Assembly: GCA_944325235.1 (NCBI GenBank)
Contig: CALUZE010000001.1
Location: 1-42,163 of the forward strand
DNA: 42,163 nt
DNA from: an uncultured Elusimicrobiales bacterium
GTDB lineage: Bacteria > Elusimicrobiota > Elusimicrobia > Elusimicrobiales > Elusimicrobiaceae
Direction: 5' to 3'
The translations under genes and the position numbers were made by a program. Below, one piece after another: positions 9,240-18,563 of this stretch (the stretch's first letter is position 1; each line of letters begins with the position of its first letter). The notes under the pieces are model-generated. The model was not told the origin of the DNA and did not search any database. It saw only the letters and a list, made by a program, of their open reading frames with translations.

Positions 9240-10139
9240 TTAATCAAAATTCCCCCACAAAATTTGTTCCAATTCCAATTCCACCCCGTGTTTTTCTTTC
9301 ACTTTTTGGCGCACTTGGTCCATCAGGGTTTTGATGTCCTGCGGCGTGGCGTGGTTGAAATTGATGATAAACCCGGCGTGCTTTTCCGACACTTTGGCCC
9401 CGCCCACGGACAGGCCGCGCAGGCCGGTGTCGTCAATCAGGCGGGAAGCATAGTCGTTTGCCGGGCGTTTGAACACGCTGCCCGCGGAGGGATAATCCAG
9501 CGGCTGTTTTTCCATCCGTTTGTGCAGCACGGTGTTGCGGGTTTCAATCAGTTGGGCAAAGTTGCCTTTTTGCAGTTTAAACCCGGCCGACAGGATAATC
9601 AAATCCTGTATGCCCTCTACTTTGCGGTAGGCGTGTTTGACGTCTTCTTTTAACAGCGTGGCCGGGCGGCCCTCGCGGTCAATGACGTCAAAATATTCCA
9701 AGCAGTCAAACGTTTCCTGGCCGAACGCGCCCGCGTTCATATATACGGCCCCGCCAATGCTGCCGGGAATGCCGGACAGTTTTTCCATCCCCGCCAGGCC
9801 CGCCTCGCAGGCGAGCTCGCAGGCTTTGTCCAGCGCGGCGCCCGCTTCGGCCTTGACGTGTTCCCCGTCCACGCTCACGTGGTTCATTCGTTTGGTGGAG
9901 CACGTAATCCCGCCGATGCCTTTGCCGCTTACCAGGATGTTGGAGCCAAAGCCGATGATACGCAGCGGAATGTTTTGCGTTTGCGCCAGTTTCAGCACAA
10001 AGCTCCATTCCTCCCGCGTTTGCGGGTACACGTACACCTCGGCCTTGCCGCCGGTGCGGTACGTGGTGTGCCGCGCCATCGGTTCGTCCAACAGGCAGTT
10101 TTCGCCAAAGAAATTTTTGAGTTCTGCTTTGTAATCCAT
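9240..10139 (-). CDS. murB: UDP-N-acetylenolpyruvoylglucosamine reductase
   Basis: HTTYRTGG, GFGSNIL, GIPGSIGGAVYMNAGA, QPLDYPSAGSVFKRP and KHAGFIIN motifs. Confidence 0.97.
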   Translation of the reverse strand: MDYKAELKNFFGENCLLDEPMARHTTYRTGGKAEVYVYPQTREEWSFVLKLAQTQNIPLRIIGFGSNILVSGKGIGGITCSTKRMNHVSVDGEHVKAEAGAALDKACELACEAGLAGMEKLSGIPGSIGGAVYMNAGAFGQETFDCLEYFDVIDREGRPATLLKEDVKHAYRKVEGIQDLIILSAGFKLQKGNFAQLIETRNTVLHKRMEKQPLDYPSAGSVFKRPANDYASRLIDDTGLRGLSVGGAKVSEKHAGFIINFNHATPQDIKTLMDQVRQKVKEKHGVELELEQILWGNFD

Positions 10140-10156
10140 ACCGTTACCGGACGTTG

Positions 10157-10855
10157 CTAAAAATTAAGCCCTAACCCGCCCTGCAGCGCGTGGCTGGAGG
10201 AAGTTTTGGTGTAGGCCGCAAACATATATACAAACGGGAACGGTTTTACGTTCACGCCGGCGGTGTAGCGCACGTCCCCGTCCGAGGTGGAGCGGGAAGG
10301 CAAAACGTCTTTCGTTTTCAGTTCGCCGTAGTCGTATCCGACGCCCACGTACGGGGTTAAAAAGAGCACGTTCATAGAAGCCACGGCCGACAGGGAGTAG
10401 TGGTCCGTGGTGTACCAATCGGTGGAGCCGCGGTCGTAAAACCCGCCCAACGAAACGTGAATCGTGTCCAACAGGCCGAAATTGTATTTTAAGCCGCCGC
10501 CCAACGATTTAAAACCGTTCATATCGGTTCCGCGCACGACGACACCCAAATCCAGCACCGGGATTTTGGTTTCCGCTGTGATAAAACCCGTGTAGAGGTA
10601 ATCGTCCGAAGTGATGTTGTTGTTGGAGGACGGTTTAATGGCGCTAAGGGTGGCGCCGATGTCAAACCCGGGGAAAGAGGTGCCTTTCCCGGTGTGGAAA
10701 TCCGCCACGCCGATTAACGCGTTGATGTCTTTGTTATAGGCAGACAGGTCCGAAGTCGCACGGTAATGCGCGCGGAAATCGTCTGCGATGTTAGCGGCGG
10801 AAGCAACTCCCGCCAGGCAGCATAAGCTGAGCACTGCGGCAAAGATTTTTTTCAT
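10157..10855 (-). CDS. Hypothetical outer-membrane beta-barrel protein
   Basis: Start reassigned to MKKIFAAV (GGAG RBS); signal peptide, alternating aromatic beta-strands, C-terminal GLGLNF. Confidence 0.7.
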   Translation of the reverse strand: MKKIFAAVLSLCCLAGVASAANIADDFRAHYRATSDLSAYNKDINALIGVADFHTGKGTSFPGFDIGATLSAIKPSSNNNITSDDYLYTGFITAETKIPVLDLGVVVRGTDMNGFKSLGGGLKYNFGLLDTIHVSLGGFYDRGSTDWYTTDHYSLSAVASMNVLFLTPYVGVGYDYGELKTKDVLPSRSTSDGDVRYTAGVNVKPFPFVYMFAAYTKTSSSHALQGGLGLNF

Positions 10856-10965
10856 AGGTCTCCGTTGCGAAATCGCAAGATATATAATATCATAAAAAAA
10901 GACGGGGGGATACGTAATCCGCCCGTTGGGGGAACTGATTTTATTTGGGCCGTATAGGAGAATGT

Positions 10966-12510
10966 ATGGTAAGTGAACTAGCTGGAACGTTAACAACACA
11001 AAAAATGGATACGGAAAAACTGAAAAACGAATTTTTCCACCCTTCTGCCGCGCCCGTGCCGGTGAAATTCGGCACTTCCGGGCACCGGGGCACGCTGGGG
11101 GCCGGGTTTTGCGCATTGCACGCCCGTGCGATTGCCCAAGCGGTGGCCCGTCTGCATAAAGAACAAAATTTAACGGGGCCCGTTTTGGTGGGGGGCGATA
11201 CGCGCCTGATGTCGGCTGAAACGGCGCGTTTGTGTGCCGAAGTGCTGGCCGGGAACGGCCTGACGGTTATCTTGCCCGATATGCCGCTGCCTACGCCGGT
11301 GTTCTCTTTTGAAATTCTAAACGGCCGCGCGTGCGCGTCGTTAAACGGCACCGCCAGCCACAACCCGCCCCAGGATATGGGTTTAAAATACAACCCCTCC
11401 ACCGGCGGCCCGGCGGACGCGGCCCTTACCGCGCAAATTGAAAAATACGCCAACGAATATATGGCCCACCCGGACCAAATTCAATCCATCCCGCTGGACG
11501 AAGCCCGCAAACAGGGGCTGGTCCGCACGGGCGATTTGGTAACTCCGTACGTAACGGCCTTGGCCAAATTTATTGATTTCAAGGCCATTGCCGCCTCACC
11601 CAAAAAATTTGCCGTGCACCCCTTGGGCGGCAGCAGCTTGGCTTTTTACCGGGCGATTAAAGAAAAATACGGCCTGAAAAATATGGATATCGTCAGCACG
11701 GTGCAGGACCCGACGTTTTATTTTATTCCCATAGACCACGACGGGAAAATCCGCATGGATCCGTCTTCCCAATATCCGATGTCGCCGCTTATTAAACTGG
11801 TGCAGGACGGCACGTACGATTTTGCCGGCGCCAGCGACCCGGACGCGGACCGCTTCGGCTGCGCCACCAAACAGGGGGGGCTTATTTCGCCCAACCACGC
11901 CTTGTGCGTGATGGCGGATTATTTGTACCGCCACCACAAAGTGCGCGACGCCTACGCCATCGGCCGCACGCTGGGCACGACCGCCCTGCTGGACCGCATT
12001 GCCGCCGCCTACAAACTGCGCTTGGACGAAGTAAACGTGGGCTTTAAATATTTTGTGGAAGGCATTATCAAACGCAAATACGTTTTGGCGGGCGAAGAAA
12101 GCGCCGGGATGTCCGTCAGCGGTTGGACCACGGAAAAGGACGGTATTTTTGCCGTGTGCCTGCTGATGGAAATTATGGCGGTGGAAGGCGATATCGCCGC
12201 GCTGTACGACCGCCTGACCAAGCTCTACGGCACCCCGTACTACACGCGCGTAGACGTGCCCACCGACGAAGAAACCAAAAAGCGCATTAAATCGCTCAAG
12301 GCGGAGAATTTTGAAAACCTCCACCAGGTGGCGGGGGAAAAAGTCACCCGCGTGCGCGATACGGACGGCATAAAAGTCTATCTGCAAAGTTCGTGGTTTT
12401 TGGTGCGTCCTTCCGGCACGGAAAATATCTTAAAAATCTATGCCGAAACGTTCATCGGCCCCAAACACTTGGAAACGCTGATTGAACAAGCCCAGCGGTT
12501 GCTGGCCTAA
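10966..12510 (+). CDS. pgm: Phosphoglucomutase
   Basis: FGTSGHRG, TASHNP, DPDADR, GEESAG and RPSGTE motifs; AGGAG RBS before ATG 10966. Confidence 0.92.
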   Translation: MVSELAGTLTTQKMDTEKLKNEFFHPSAAPVPVKFGTSGHRGTLGAGFCALHARAIAQAVARLHKEQNLTGPVLVGGDTRLMSAETARLCAEVLAGNGLTVILPDMPLPTPVFSFEILNGRACASLNGTASHNPPQDMGLKYNPSTGGPADAALTAQIEKYANEYMAHPDQIQSIPLDEARKQGLVRTGDLVTPYVTALAKFIDFKAIAASPKKFAVHPLGGSSLAFYRAIKEKYGLKNMDIVSTVQDPTFYFIPIDHDGKIRMDPSSQYPMSPLIKLVQDGTYDFAGASDPDADRFGCATKQGGLISPNHALCVMADYLYRHHKVRDAYAIGRTLGTTALLDRIAAAYKLRLDEVNVGFKYFVEGIIKRKYVLAGEESAGMSVSGWTTEKDGIFAVCLLMEIMAVEGDIAALYDRLTKLYGTPYYTRVDVPTDEETKKRIKSLKAENFENLHQVAGEKVTRVRDTDGIKVYLQSSWFLVRPSGTENILKIYAETFIGPKHLETLIEQAQRLLA

Positions 12511-12526
12511 GGAACAGACGTTTTTG

Positions 12527-12558
12527 CAAAAAGGCGGGGAATATACCCCGCCTTTTTG
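12527..12558 (+). terminator. Intrinsic terminator
   Basis: AAAAAGGCGGGG...CCCCGCCTTTTT. Confidence 0.85.
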
Positions 12559-12625
12559 TTGTATGCGGTCGGTGCAGCCGCTTTCCCCGAACTTGCCGGA
12601 AACAGAAATGATAAAATATACATAT

Positions 12626-12988
12626 ATGATGAATTTTATTTATGTGGGATTGGGCGGTTTTGTGGGGGCGGCGCTGCGCTACGGCGTAAGCGCGGGCACG
12701 GCGCTGCTGATGTGGCGCGGCCATTGGGCTACGCTGGCCGTGAATGTGCTGGGCAGTTTGGCCATTGGCTTTTTGGCCCCGTATTTTGAAAATCCCTCCC
12801 ACCCGGCGCGGCTGTTTTTGGTGGTGGGCGTGCTGGGCGGATTTACCACGTTTTCCTCGTTTTCGCTGGATACGCTTTCGCTGTACCACAACCGGGAATT
12901 TTTCCTGGCGGCGTGCAATGTGCTGCTAAACGTAATGGTTTGTTTGGCGGCCGTGTGGGCCGGGTTTCGGCTGAACCACGCTTTGTAA
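12626..12988 (+). CDS. crcB: Fluoride channel Fluc/CrcB
   Basis: GGFVGAALRY, TLAVNVLGS and GGFTTFSSF motifs. Confidence 0.95.
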   Translation: MMNFIYVGLGGFVGAALRYGVSAGTALLMWRGHWATLAVNVLGSLAIGFLAPYFENPSHPARLFLVVGVLGGFTTFSSFSLDTLSLYHNREFFLAACNVLLNVMVCLAAVWAGFRLNHAL

Positions 12989-13001
12989 TTAAAGAATACA
13001 T

Positions 13002-13034
13002 AAAAACCCCGCTTCTGATGAAGCGGGGTTTTTT
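13002..13034. terminator. Bidirectional intrinsic terminator
   Basis: AAAAACCCCGCTTC...GAAGCGGGGTTTTT. Confidence 0.88.
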
Positions 13035-13049
13035 GTCGGTACAAAAGAA

Positions 13050-13979
13050 TCAGGCGCGGCGGTCCATCACGTAAAAACTGCCGTTTTCGTGCTTTTTGGC
13101 CAGGCATTTAAGTTCACTGCCGATGTTGCTGACCATCGCAAACGACGTCAGCGGCCGCTTGGTGTTGTGCACAATGCCAATGCCGATAGACAGAAAGTGG
13201 AATTTTTCCAGCTCTCCTTTGCGGTTGGTGGACACCATATATCCGTTTTGGCGGTCTTCTTCATTATAAAAGGAAGGGGCCACGGCGTCGGTTTTAGAGG
13301 CGATTTCCCGCGCAATGGGTTCGGCTTTGTCAAACGAGCAGACAACGATAAAATCATCCCCGCCGATATGCCCTACAAAGGCGGACGGGTCCTGTTCCGC
13401 GGCGCGGACGATGATGTCCGCCTCGGTCTTCAGCACGCGGTCCCCCGCTTCAAAGCCGTATTTGTCGTTAAAAGATTTAAAATTGTTCAAATCGCAATAC
13501 AGCACCGCAAACGGGCGCCCGCCCGCAATTTCCGCCTCCACCCGCGCCTGGATAGACGGGTTGCCCGGCAGGCGGGTAAGGGGGTTGCAGTCCATTTTTT
13601 GTTTGTTGCGTTTTAAAAGCAATTTTACGCGCGCGACGATTTCGTCCTCGTCGGCGGGTTTGGTTAAATAGTCGTCAATATCCAGCCCCAGGCCTTCCAG
13701 CTTGGTGGATTTGTCCGTCACGGCGGTAAAAATGATGATGGGCGTATGTAAATAGCCGGTGCGGCTGCGCACTTCCCGCACGACTTCAAACCCGGTCTTT
13801 TTGGGCATTTCGTAGTCTAAAATCAACAAGTCGGGGTTTTCTTTGTAGGTTTTTTCAATGGCTTCCTGCCCGTCTTCGGCTTCTATCACGGTAAAGCCGG
13901 CATTGGTCAGAATTTCGGATACTAAAAAACGAATGGCGTGGGAATCGTCGGCCAGTAAAATCTTTGCATTGTGTTCCAT
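13050..13979 (-). CDS. Response regulator with diguanylate cyclase domain (REC-GGDEF)
   Basis: ILLADD, LDYEMP and KP receiver motifs; NPLTRLPGN, DLNNFKSFNDKYGFEAGD and GHIGGDDF. Confidence 0.92.
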   Translation of the reverse strand: MEHNAKILLADDSHAIRFLVSEILTNAGFTVIEAEDGQEAIEKTYKENPDLLILDYEMPKKTGFEVVREVRSRTGYLHTPIIIFTAVTDKSTKLEGLGLDIDDYLTKPADEDEIVARVKLLLKRNKQKMDCNPLTRLPGNPSIQARVEAEIAGGRPFAVLYCDLNNFKSFNDKYGFEAGDRVLKTEADIIVRAAEQDPSAFVGHIGGDDFIVVCSFDKAEPIAREIASKTDAVAPSFYNEEDRQNGYMVSTNRKGELEKFHFLSIGIGIVHNTKRPLTSFAMVSNIGSELKCLAKKHENGSFYVMDRRA

Positions 13980-14039
13980 AAGCATATTAAAATAAATTTG
14001 CATTTCCCGCGCAAGAGCCCTATTTCGTATAATTTAACT

Positions 14040-15359
14040 ATGACTTACGCCATTTTATTTATTGGGGTGCTCTTATTTTTGGGGCATATTTTTTCTTCCC
14101 TGTTTGAAAAAACCCGCCTGCCGGACGTGCTGCCGCTGATGATTTTGGGCATTGTGCTGGGGCCGGTGCTGAAAGTGGTACGCCCGGAGTCCTTCGGTGA
14201 GGCCGGGCAGATTTTTACCACCCTGGCGCTAATCGTGGTGCTGTTTAAAAGCGGGTTGGATTTCCGCATTTTGTCGCTGCGCGGAGCGGTAGGGCAGGGG
14301 CTGTTGCTCACCACCGTGTGCTTTTTGCTGATTACGGCCGTTATCGCTTTTATTACGCAGAGCCTTTTGGGCATTCCGCAAATTTACGCGCTGATTATCG
14401 GCTCCATCGTAGCCGATAACTCCACCGCCATCATCACCCCGATGCTGGCCAAACTGAAAATTGCCAAAACCACCAAAACCATTCTGTTCCTGGAAGCCAA
14501 CTTGACGGGGGTGTACTCCATTGTGCTGGCGCTGGCACTATTGTCGGCGGCGTCGCGCGGGGGAACGGTTTCGGCCGGGATGCTGGCGGCCGACGTGCTG
14601 AAATCCTTTAGTATCGGCATCGTGTTTGCTTTGGCGGCGGGATTGTTTTGGATGAGCATTTTAAACCGCGTGCGCCGGCTGGAGAATGCCATTTCGCTTA
14701 CGTTTGCGTTTGTGCTGTTGGTGTACAGCTTAAGCGGGTTGATCGGCGGGGACGGCGCCATCGCCACGCTGGCGTTTGGGGTGGTGGCCGGCAACATCCG
14801 GCTGATTAAGCGGCTGTGGCTGCCCAAGCTGGACTACCGGCGCCTGCTGTCGCTGAACAGCGGGGAAAAAGATTTTTTTGATGAAATTGAATTTATTTTT
14901 AAAACGCTGTTTTTCGTATTTATGGGCATTTGCCTGCGGCTGGGGCGGGTGGATTTGCTGGCGATTGGGCTCGTGCTGTCGCTGGCCAAGCTGGTGTTCC
15001 GCGCCCCGGTGGTGAATTACTGCGTATCGCGCAACATCACGCGGGAAGATTGCTCCGTGATTACGGCGATGTGCCCCAACGGACTGGTCAGCGCGGTGTT
15101 GGCGGCGATGATAGCCTCGCAATTGCCCAAAGAGGGGGCGGTCATTCAGGACGTGATTTACGCCGTCATCTTCTTTAGCGTGCTGATTTCCAATTTGATG
15201 TCCTTTCGCATTGAAAAGGGAGGCTTGAAATGGCTGGGCAAAGCAATGTTTTTCCGCCACGCGGCGGCCCCCGCACTAGCGGTGCCCGCCCCGAACCCGG
15301 CCCCGGCAGGCGAAGCGGCACCCACCGGTGACCCGGCTCAACCCGCGGAAAACAAATAA
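14040..15359 (+). CDS. Cation:proton antiporter (CPA family)
   Basis: Polytopic; LPDVLPLMILGIVLGP, LFKSGLD, LEANL and PNGLVSAVLA motifs; Pro/Ala-rich tail. Confidence 0.85.
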   Translation: MTYAILFIGVLLFLGHIFSSLFEKTRLPDVLPLMILGIVLGPVLKVVRPESFGEAGQIFTTLALIVVLFKSGLDFRILSLRGAVGQGLLLTTVCFLLITAVIAFITQSLLGIPQIYALIIGSIVADNSTAIITPMLAKLKIAKTTKTILFLEANLTGVYSIVLALALLSAASRGGTVSAGMLAADVLKSFSIGIVFALAAGLFWMSILNRVRRLENAISLTFAFVLLVYSLSGLIGGDGAIATLAFGVVAGNIRLIKRLWLPKLDYRRLLSLNSGEKDFFDEIEFIFKTLFFVFMGICLRLGRVDLLAIGLVLSLAKLVFRAPVVNYCVSRNITREDCSVITAMCPNGLVSAVLAAMIASQLPKEGAVIQDVIYAVIFFSVLISNLMSFRIEKGGLKWLGKAMFFRHAAAPALAVPAPNPAPAGEAAPTGDPAQPAENK

Positions 15360-15370
15360 TTTCATCCGAC

Positions 15371-15402
15371 AAAAAACGCCCCGCATTTGCTACGGGGCGT
15401 TG
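15371..15402. terminator. Intrinsic terminator between convergent genes
   Basis: AAAAAACGCCCCG...CGGGGCGTT. Confidence 0.7.
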
Positions 15403-15422
15403 TGCTGCTTATAAACCCGGCC

Positions 15423-16115
15423 TTAAGGTTTGTACACAAACGAAAGCAAACAATCTTTCACGTGGTCCCTCCGCCAGGAAAAGAAGTTTTCCTTATCGCC
15501 GCAGGTGCAGTAGTACGGGGTTTTGATGTCCGCGGCGTTCAGCCCGGCCAGCTGGAGCTGGAGGATGATTTCCGTATTTAAATTGACGAAAATTTTGCTG
15601 TCTTTGCGCACTACGCTCCGGGCGGAAAACTGGCTGGCGGTATCTTCCTGCACTTCAAAACAGCAACTTTGGATATGCGGCCCCAGCCAGCCGTACAGGG
15701 TGCCTTGCGCACCGGCGTCTTTCATCGCCATGGCGGTTTTATAGGGCAGTTGCTTGACTACGCCGCGCCAGCCGCAATGCGCGAGGGCAAACACGCGGGC
15801 GGTTTCGTCCCACAGAAAAAGCGGCACGCAGTCGGCCGTCAAAATGGCCGCGCCCCACCCGCCGCAGGACAGCACCCACGCATCGGCTTCTTGCTCGGGC
15901 TGGTTTTGAAAGGCCAGTGCGTCCGCGTCCGAACCGATGCGAATGATACGGTCGCTGTGCGTTTGGTGAAAATGCAGGATTTGCGTTTCCGGCACGTTTA
16001 ATTGGCGGAATACGGCCGTTTGGTTGGCCGCCTCGCGCATATTGCCTGCGTGGCGGGATACGGTTCCGCCCACCAGGCCCAGGGAAAGCATTCGGTTATC
16101 GGCGTATATCTTCAT
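15423..16115 (-). CDS. pgeF: PgeF/YfiH (polyphenol oxidase/laccase-domain) family protein
   Basis: QTHS, TADCVP, AHCGWRG, GPHIQSCCFEV and CTC...FFSWRR motifs. Confidence 0.9.
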   Translation of the reverse strand: MKIYADNRMLSLGLVGGTVSRHAGNMREAANQTAVFRQLNVPETQILHFHQTHSDRIIRIGSDADALAFQNQPEQEADAWVLSCGGWGAAILTADCVPLFLWDETARVFALAHCGWRGVVKQLPYKTAMAMKDAGAQGTLYGWLGPHIQSCCFEVQEDTASQFSARSVVRKDSKIFVNLNTEIILQLQLAGLNAADIKTPYYCTCGDKENFFSWRRDHVKDCLLSFVYKP

Positions 16116-16911
16116 ATTCTAATTTCTTCAGGCGGACGGCGCCTAATTTTTCGGAAAGTAATTTTTCGGCCAGGTGCTTAAAGCGGGTCGGGTCGTCGCT
16201 GGCGTAAAGCTGCACACGGCCTTTGCCGCGGGTTTCCAGCTGGCCGCGTTCGGCCAAAAAGGCTTGGGCGGCGTCGGCCAGGGTGTCGGCCGAGTCCACC
16301 AGGCGCACGCTTTTGCCCAAAATGCGGGACAGGACCGGCTTTAACAGCGGGTAATGGGTGCAGCCTAAAATCACGGTGTCGGCGCCGTTTTTTTGCACGG
16401 GCTTTAAATATTCCTGCGCAATCAGCGCGGCGGCGGGTTTTTTGCCCCAGCTTTCTTCGGCCAGCGGCACAAACAGCGGGCACGCCTGCTGCACAACGCG
16501 CGCTTTCGGCGCACACTTTAAAATGGCTTTGGGATAGGCTTTGCTGCGCACGGTGCCTTCCGTGCCCAATACGGCAATCCGCCCGTTGCGTGTGACGTCC
16601 GCCGCCCGCCGGGCGCCGGGTTCAATCACGCCCATGACGGGCACCGTCATTTGGCGGCGCAGTTCCGCCAGCGCCTGGGCCGAGGCCGTATTGCACGCCA
16701 CCACAATCAGCTTGACCCCCTGGGTTTGCAAAAAACGGGCAATCGCCAAAGAAAATTTGGTTACGGCCGCTTTGGATTTGGAGCCGTAAGGTACATTGGC
16801 GGTATCGCCGAAATAAATTAAATCTTCGTGCGGCAGTTTGCGGCGCAGGGCTTTTAAAATGGTCAGCCCGCCCAGGCCGGAGTCAAAAACGCCGATGGGT
16901 TGTTTTTTCAT
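16096..16911 (-). CDS. murI: Glutamate racemase
   Basis: IGVFDSGLGG, PYGSK, ACNTASA and LGCTHYP motifs. Confidence 0.97.
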   Translation of the reverse strand: MKKQPIGVFDSGLGGLTILKALRRKLPHEDLIYFGDTANVPYGSKSKAAVTKFSLAIARFLQTQGVKLIVVACNTASAQALAELRRQMTVPVMGVIEPGARRAADVTRNGRIAVLGTEGTVRSKAYPKAILKCAPKARVVQQACPLFVPLAEESWGKKPAAALIAQEYLKPVQKNGADTVILGCTHYPLLKPVLSRILGKSVRLVDSADTLADAAQAFLAERGQLETRGKGRVQLYASDDPTRFKHLAEKLLSEKLGAVRLKKLEYEDIRR

Positions 16912-16973
16912 AATTCTTATTATAGTAATTTGGATATTGGAACAAAACCCTTTCTTTGTGCTAGAATATCCTT

Positions 16974-18461
16974 ATGTTTAAAAAGAAGATTCTCTGGCTT
17001 TTGGCGGTGTGTTTGTGCGGGGCTTCCCTGTGGGCTGCCCCTGCCCGGCAAAGCGCCCCGCTGATTGTGGGGGGCAATTTTTCCGCCCAGACCAATACTT
17101 CTTCGCAAACCAAAGTGTTCAACCAAGCGGCCCGCAACGCGGAGATTGCGTCCTTAAACAGCCAGCTGAAACAAAAACGCTTTACGGACGTTATCCGCCG
17201 GATTAACGCGCTGACGGCCAACAACTTCCTGGATAACCGCTTTCACCTGTTACTGGCCATCGCCTACGACGGCCTGGGCAAGTACGACGACGTCATCTAT
17301 TCTGCCGGCCAAGCCATTGCCGTGGCCCCGCAGGATTCCCGCGCCTACATTTTGCGCGGCGGCGCCTATTTGCAATTGGGCGATTATGAACGCGCCCGCA
17401 TGGACGCCGATACCGCCCTGAAACTGAACCCTTCTTCCCGCCTGGCCCAAAAATTGCAGAGCGATTTGGATGAAAAACTGGCCATCAAACGCAACGAAAC
17501 GCCGTCCCAGCCCGTTAAAAAGGAAACTACCCCGCGCTGGATTATGCTGTATTTCCTGGCGGTGTTTGTGGCGCTTCTCTTGTTTATCTATTGGCGCTAC
17601 GAAGATGTTTTCCACCAGCCCAAGAATGCCTTTTCCCGCCGGGAAGTGGACGTAAAAGAACAGTACGATTTTATCCGCCAAATCGGCGAAGGCGGCATGG
17701 GCAAAGTGTACGAAGCGTACGACAAAGTGCTCAAGCGCAAAGTGGCCATCAAACGCGTCCGCCCGGAACTGGTGCGCAGCGCGTACGTGCGCGAGCAGTT
17801 CTTGTCCGAAGCGCGCATGGTGGCGTTATTGCGCCACCCGTGCATTGTGGAAATTTACACGGTGATAGAATCCGAAAGCTCCCTGTATTTGGTGTTTGAA
17901 TACGTGGACGGCCAAACGCTGGAAACCCGCTTGGATATTGACGGCCGGTTGCCGTTTTCCAAAGCGAAACGGATTTTTGAATACGTCTGCCGCGGCTTGC
18001 AGTATGCCCACTCGCAGGATATTATTCATTGCGACTTAAAACCCGGCAACATTATGCTGTTTGACGATGACAAAGCCAAAGTGATGGACTTCGGCGTGGC
18101 CAAAAAATCGGTGGACCACCAAACCGGCGCCCGCACCGTGGCCGGTACGCCTGCGTATATGGCGCCCGAACAGCAGAAAGGTTTTATGCGCAAACAGTCG
18201 GACGTATACTCCTTGGCGCTGTGCCTGTACGAAGCGTTGGTGGGGCAGGTGCCGTGGACGGTGAAAGGCTTTGATATTGCCAACAAAAAAATTGTGCCGG
18301 CTTCCAAACTGGCGCCCAATATTCCGCCGGCGGTGGATGGCTTGCTGGCCGACGCGCTGAAAGAGGACCCCAAGGAACGTATCCAAACGATTGACGAATT
18401 TTGGAGCCGCTTAAAAGCCATTGATCCGTTGCCGGAAGAATTGGAACAAACGCACTATTAA
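16974..18461 (+). CDS. Membrane-anchored Ser/Thr protein kinase with N-terminal TPR domain
   Basis: Signal peptide, TPR repeats and a TM helix, then GEGGMG, VAIK, HCDLKPGN, DFG and APE. Confidence 0.92.
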   Translation: MFKKKILWLLAVCLCGASLWAAPARQSAPLIVGGNFSAQTNTSSQTKVFNQAARNAEIASLNSQLKQKRFTDVIRRINALTANNFLDNRFHLLLAIAYDGLGKYDDVIYSAGQAIAVAPQDSRAYILRGGAYLQLGDYERARMDADTALKLNPSSRLAQKLQSDLDEKLAIKRNETPSQPVKKETTPRWIMLYFLAVFVALLLFIYWRYEDVFHQPKNAFSRREVDVKEQYDFIRQIGEGGMGKVYEAYDKVLKRKVAIKRVRPELVRSAYVREQFLSEARMVALLRHPCIVEIYTVIESESSLYLVFEYVDGQTLETRLDIDGRLPFSKAKRIFEYVCRGLQYAHSQDIIHCDLKPGNIMLFDDDKAKVMDFGVAKKSVDHQTGARTVAGTPAYMAPEQQKGFMRKQSDVYSLALCLYEALVGQVPWTVKGFDIANKKIVPASKLAPNIPPAVDGLLADALKEDPKERIQTIDEFWSRLKAIDPLPEELEQTHY

Positions 18462-18474
18462 TTTATCCCTATGC

Positions 18475-18555
18475 AAAAGCCGGGGCAAAATAAATGCCCC
18501 GGCTTTTTTGTTTGCCGGCCCCAAATAAAAATGCCGCCCGGCGGGGCGGCATTTA
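18475..18555. terminator. Two back-to-back intrinsic terminators
   Basis: AAAAGCCGGGGCA...TGCCCCGGCTTTT and AAATGCCGCCC...GGGCGGCATTT between convergent genes. Confidence 0.8.
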
Positions 18556-18563
18556 AAAGCAAG

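Noticed and set aside
10856-11116. N-terminal extensions in the ORF track (e.g. 11116, 12482, 13971, 26343, 27889, 37781, 39130)
   Set aside because: Downstream ATGs have an RBS or a leaderless -10 and match family N-termini, while the extensions overlap neighbours or terminators.
12511-12625. Fluoride riboswitch upstream of crcB
   Set aside because: No GGCGATGG...CTGATG-type consensus. The region holds the pgm terminator and a -10 directly before the ATG, leaving no leader.
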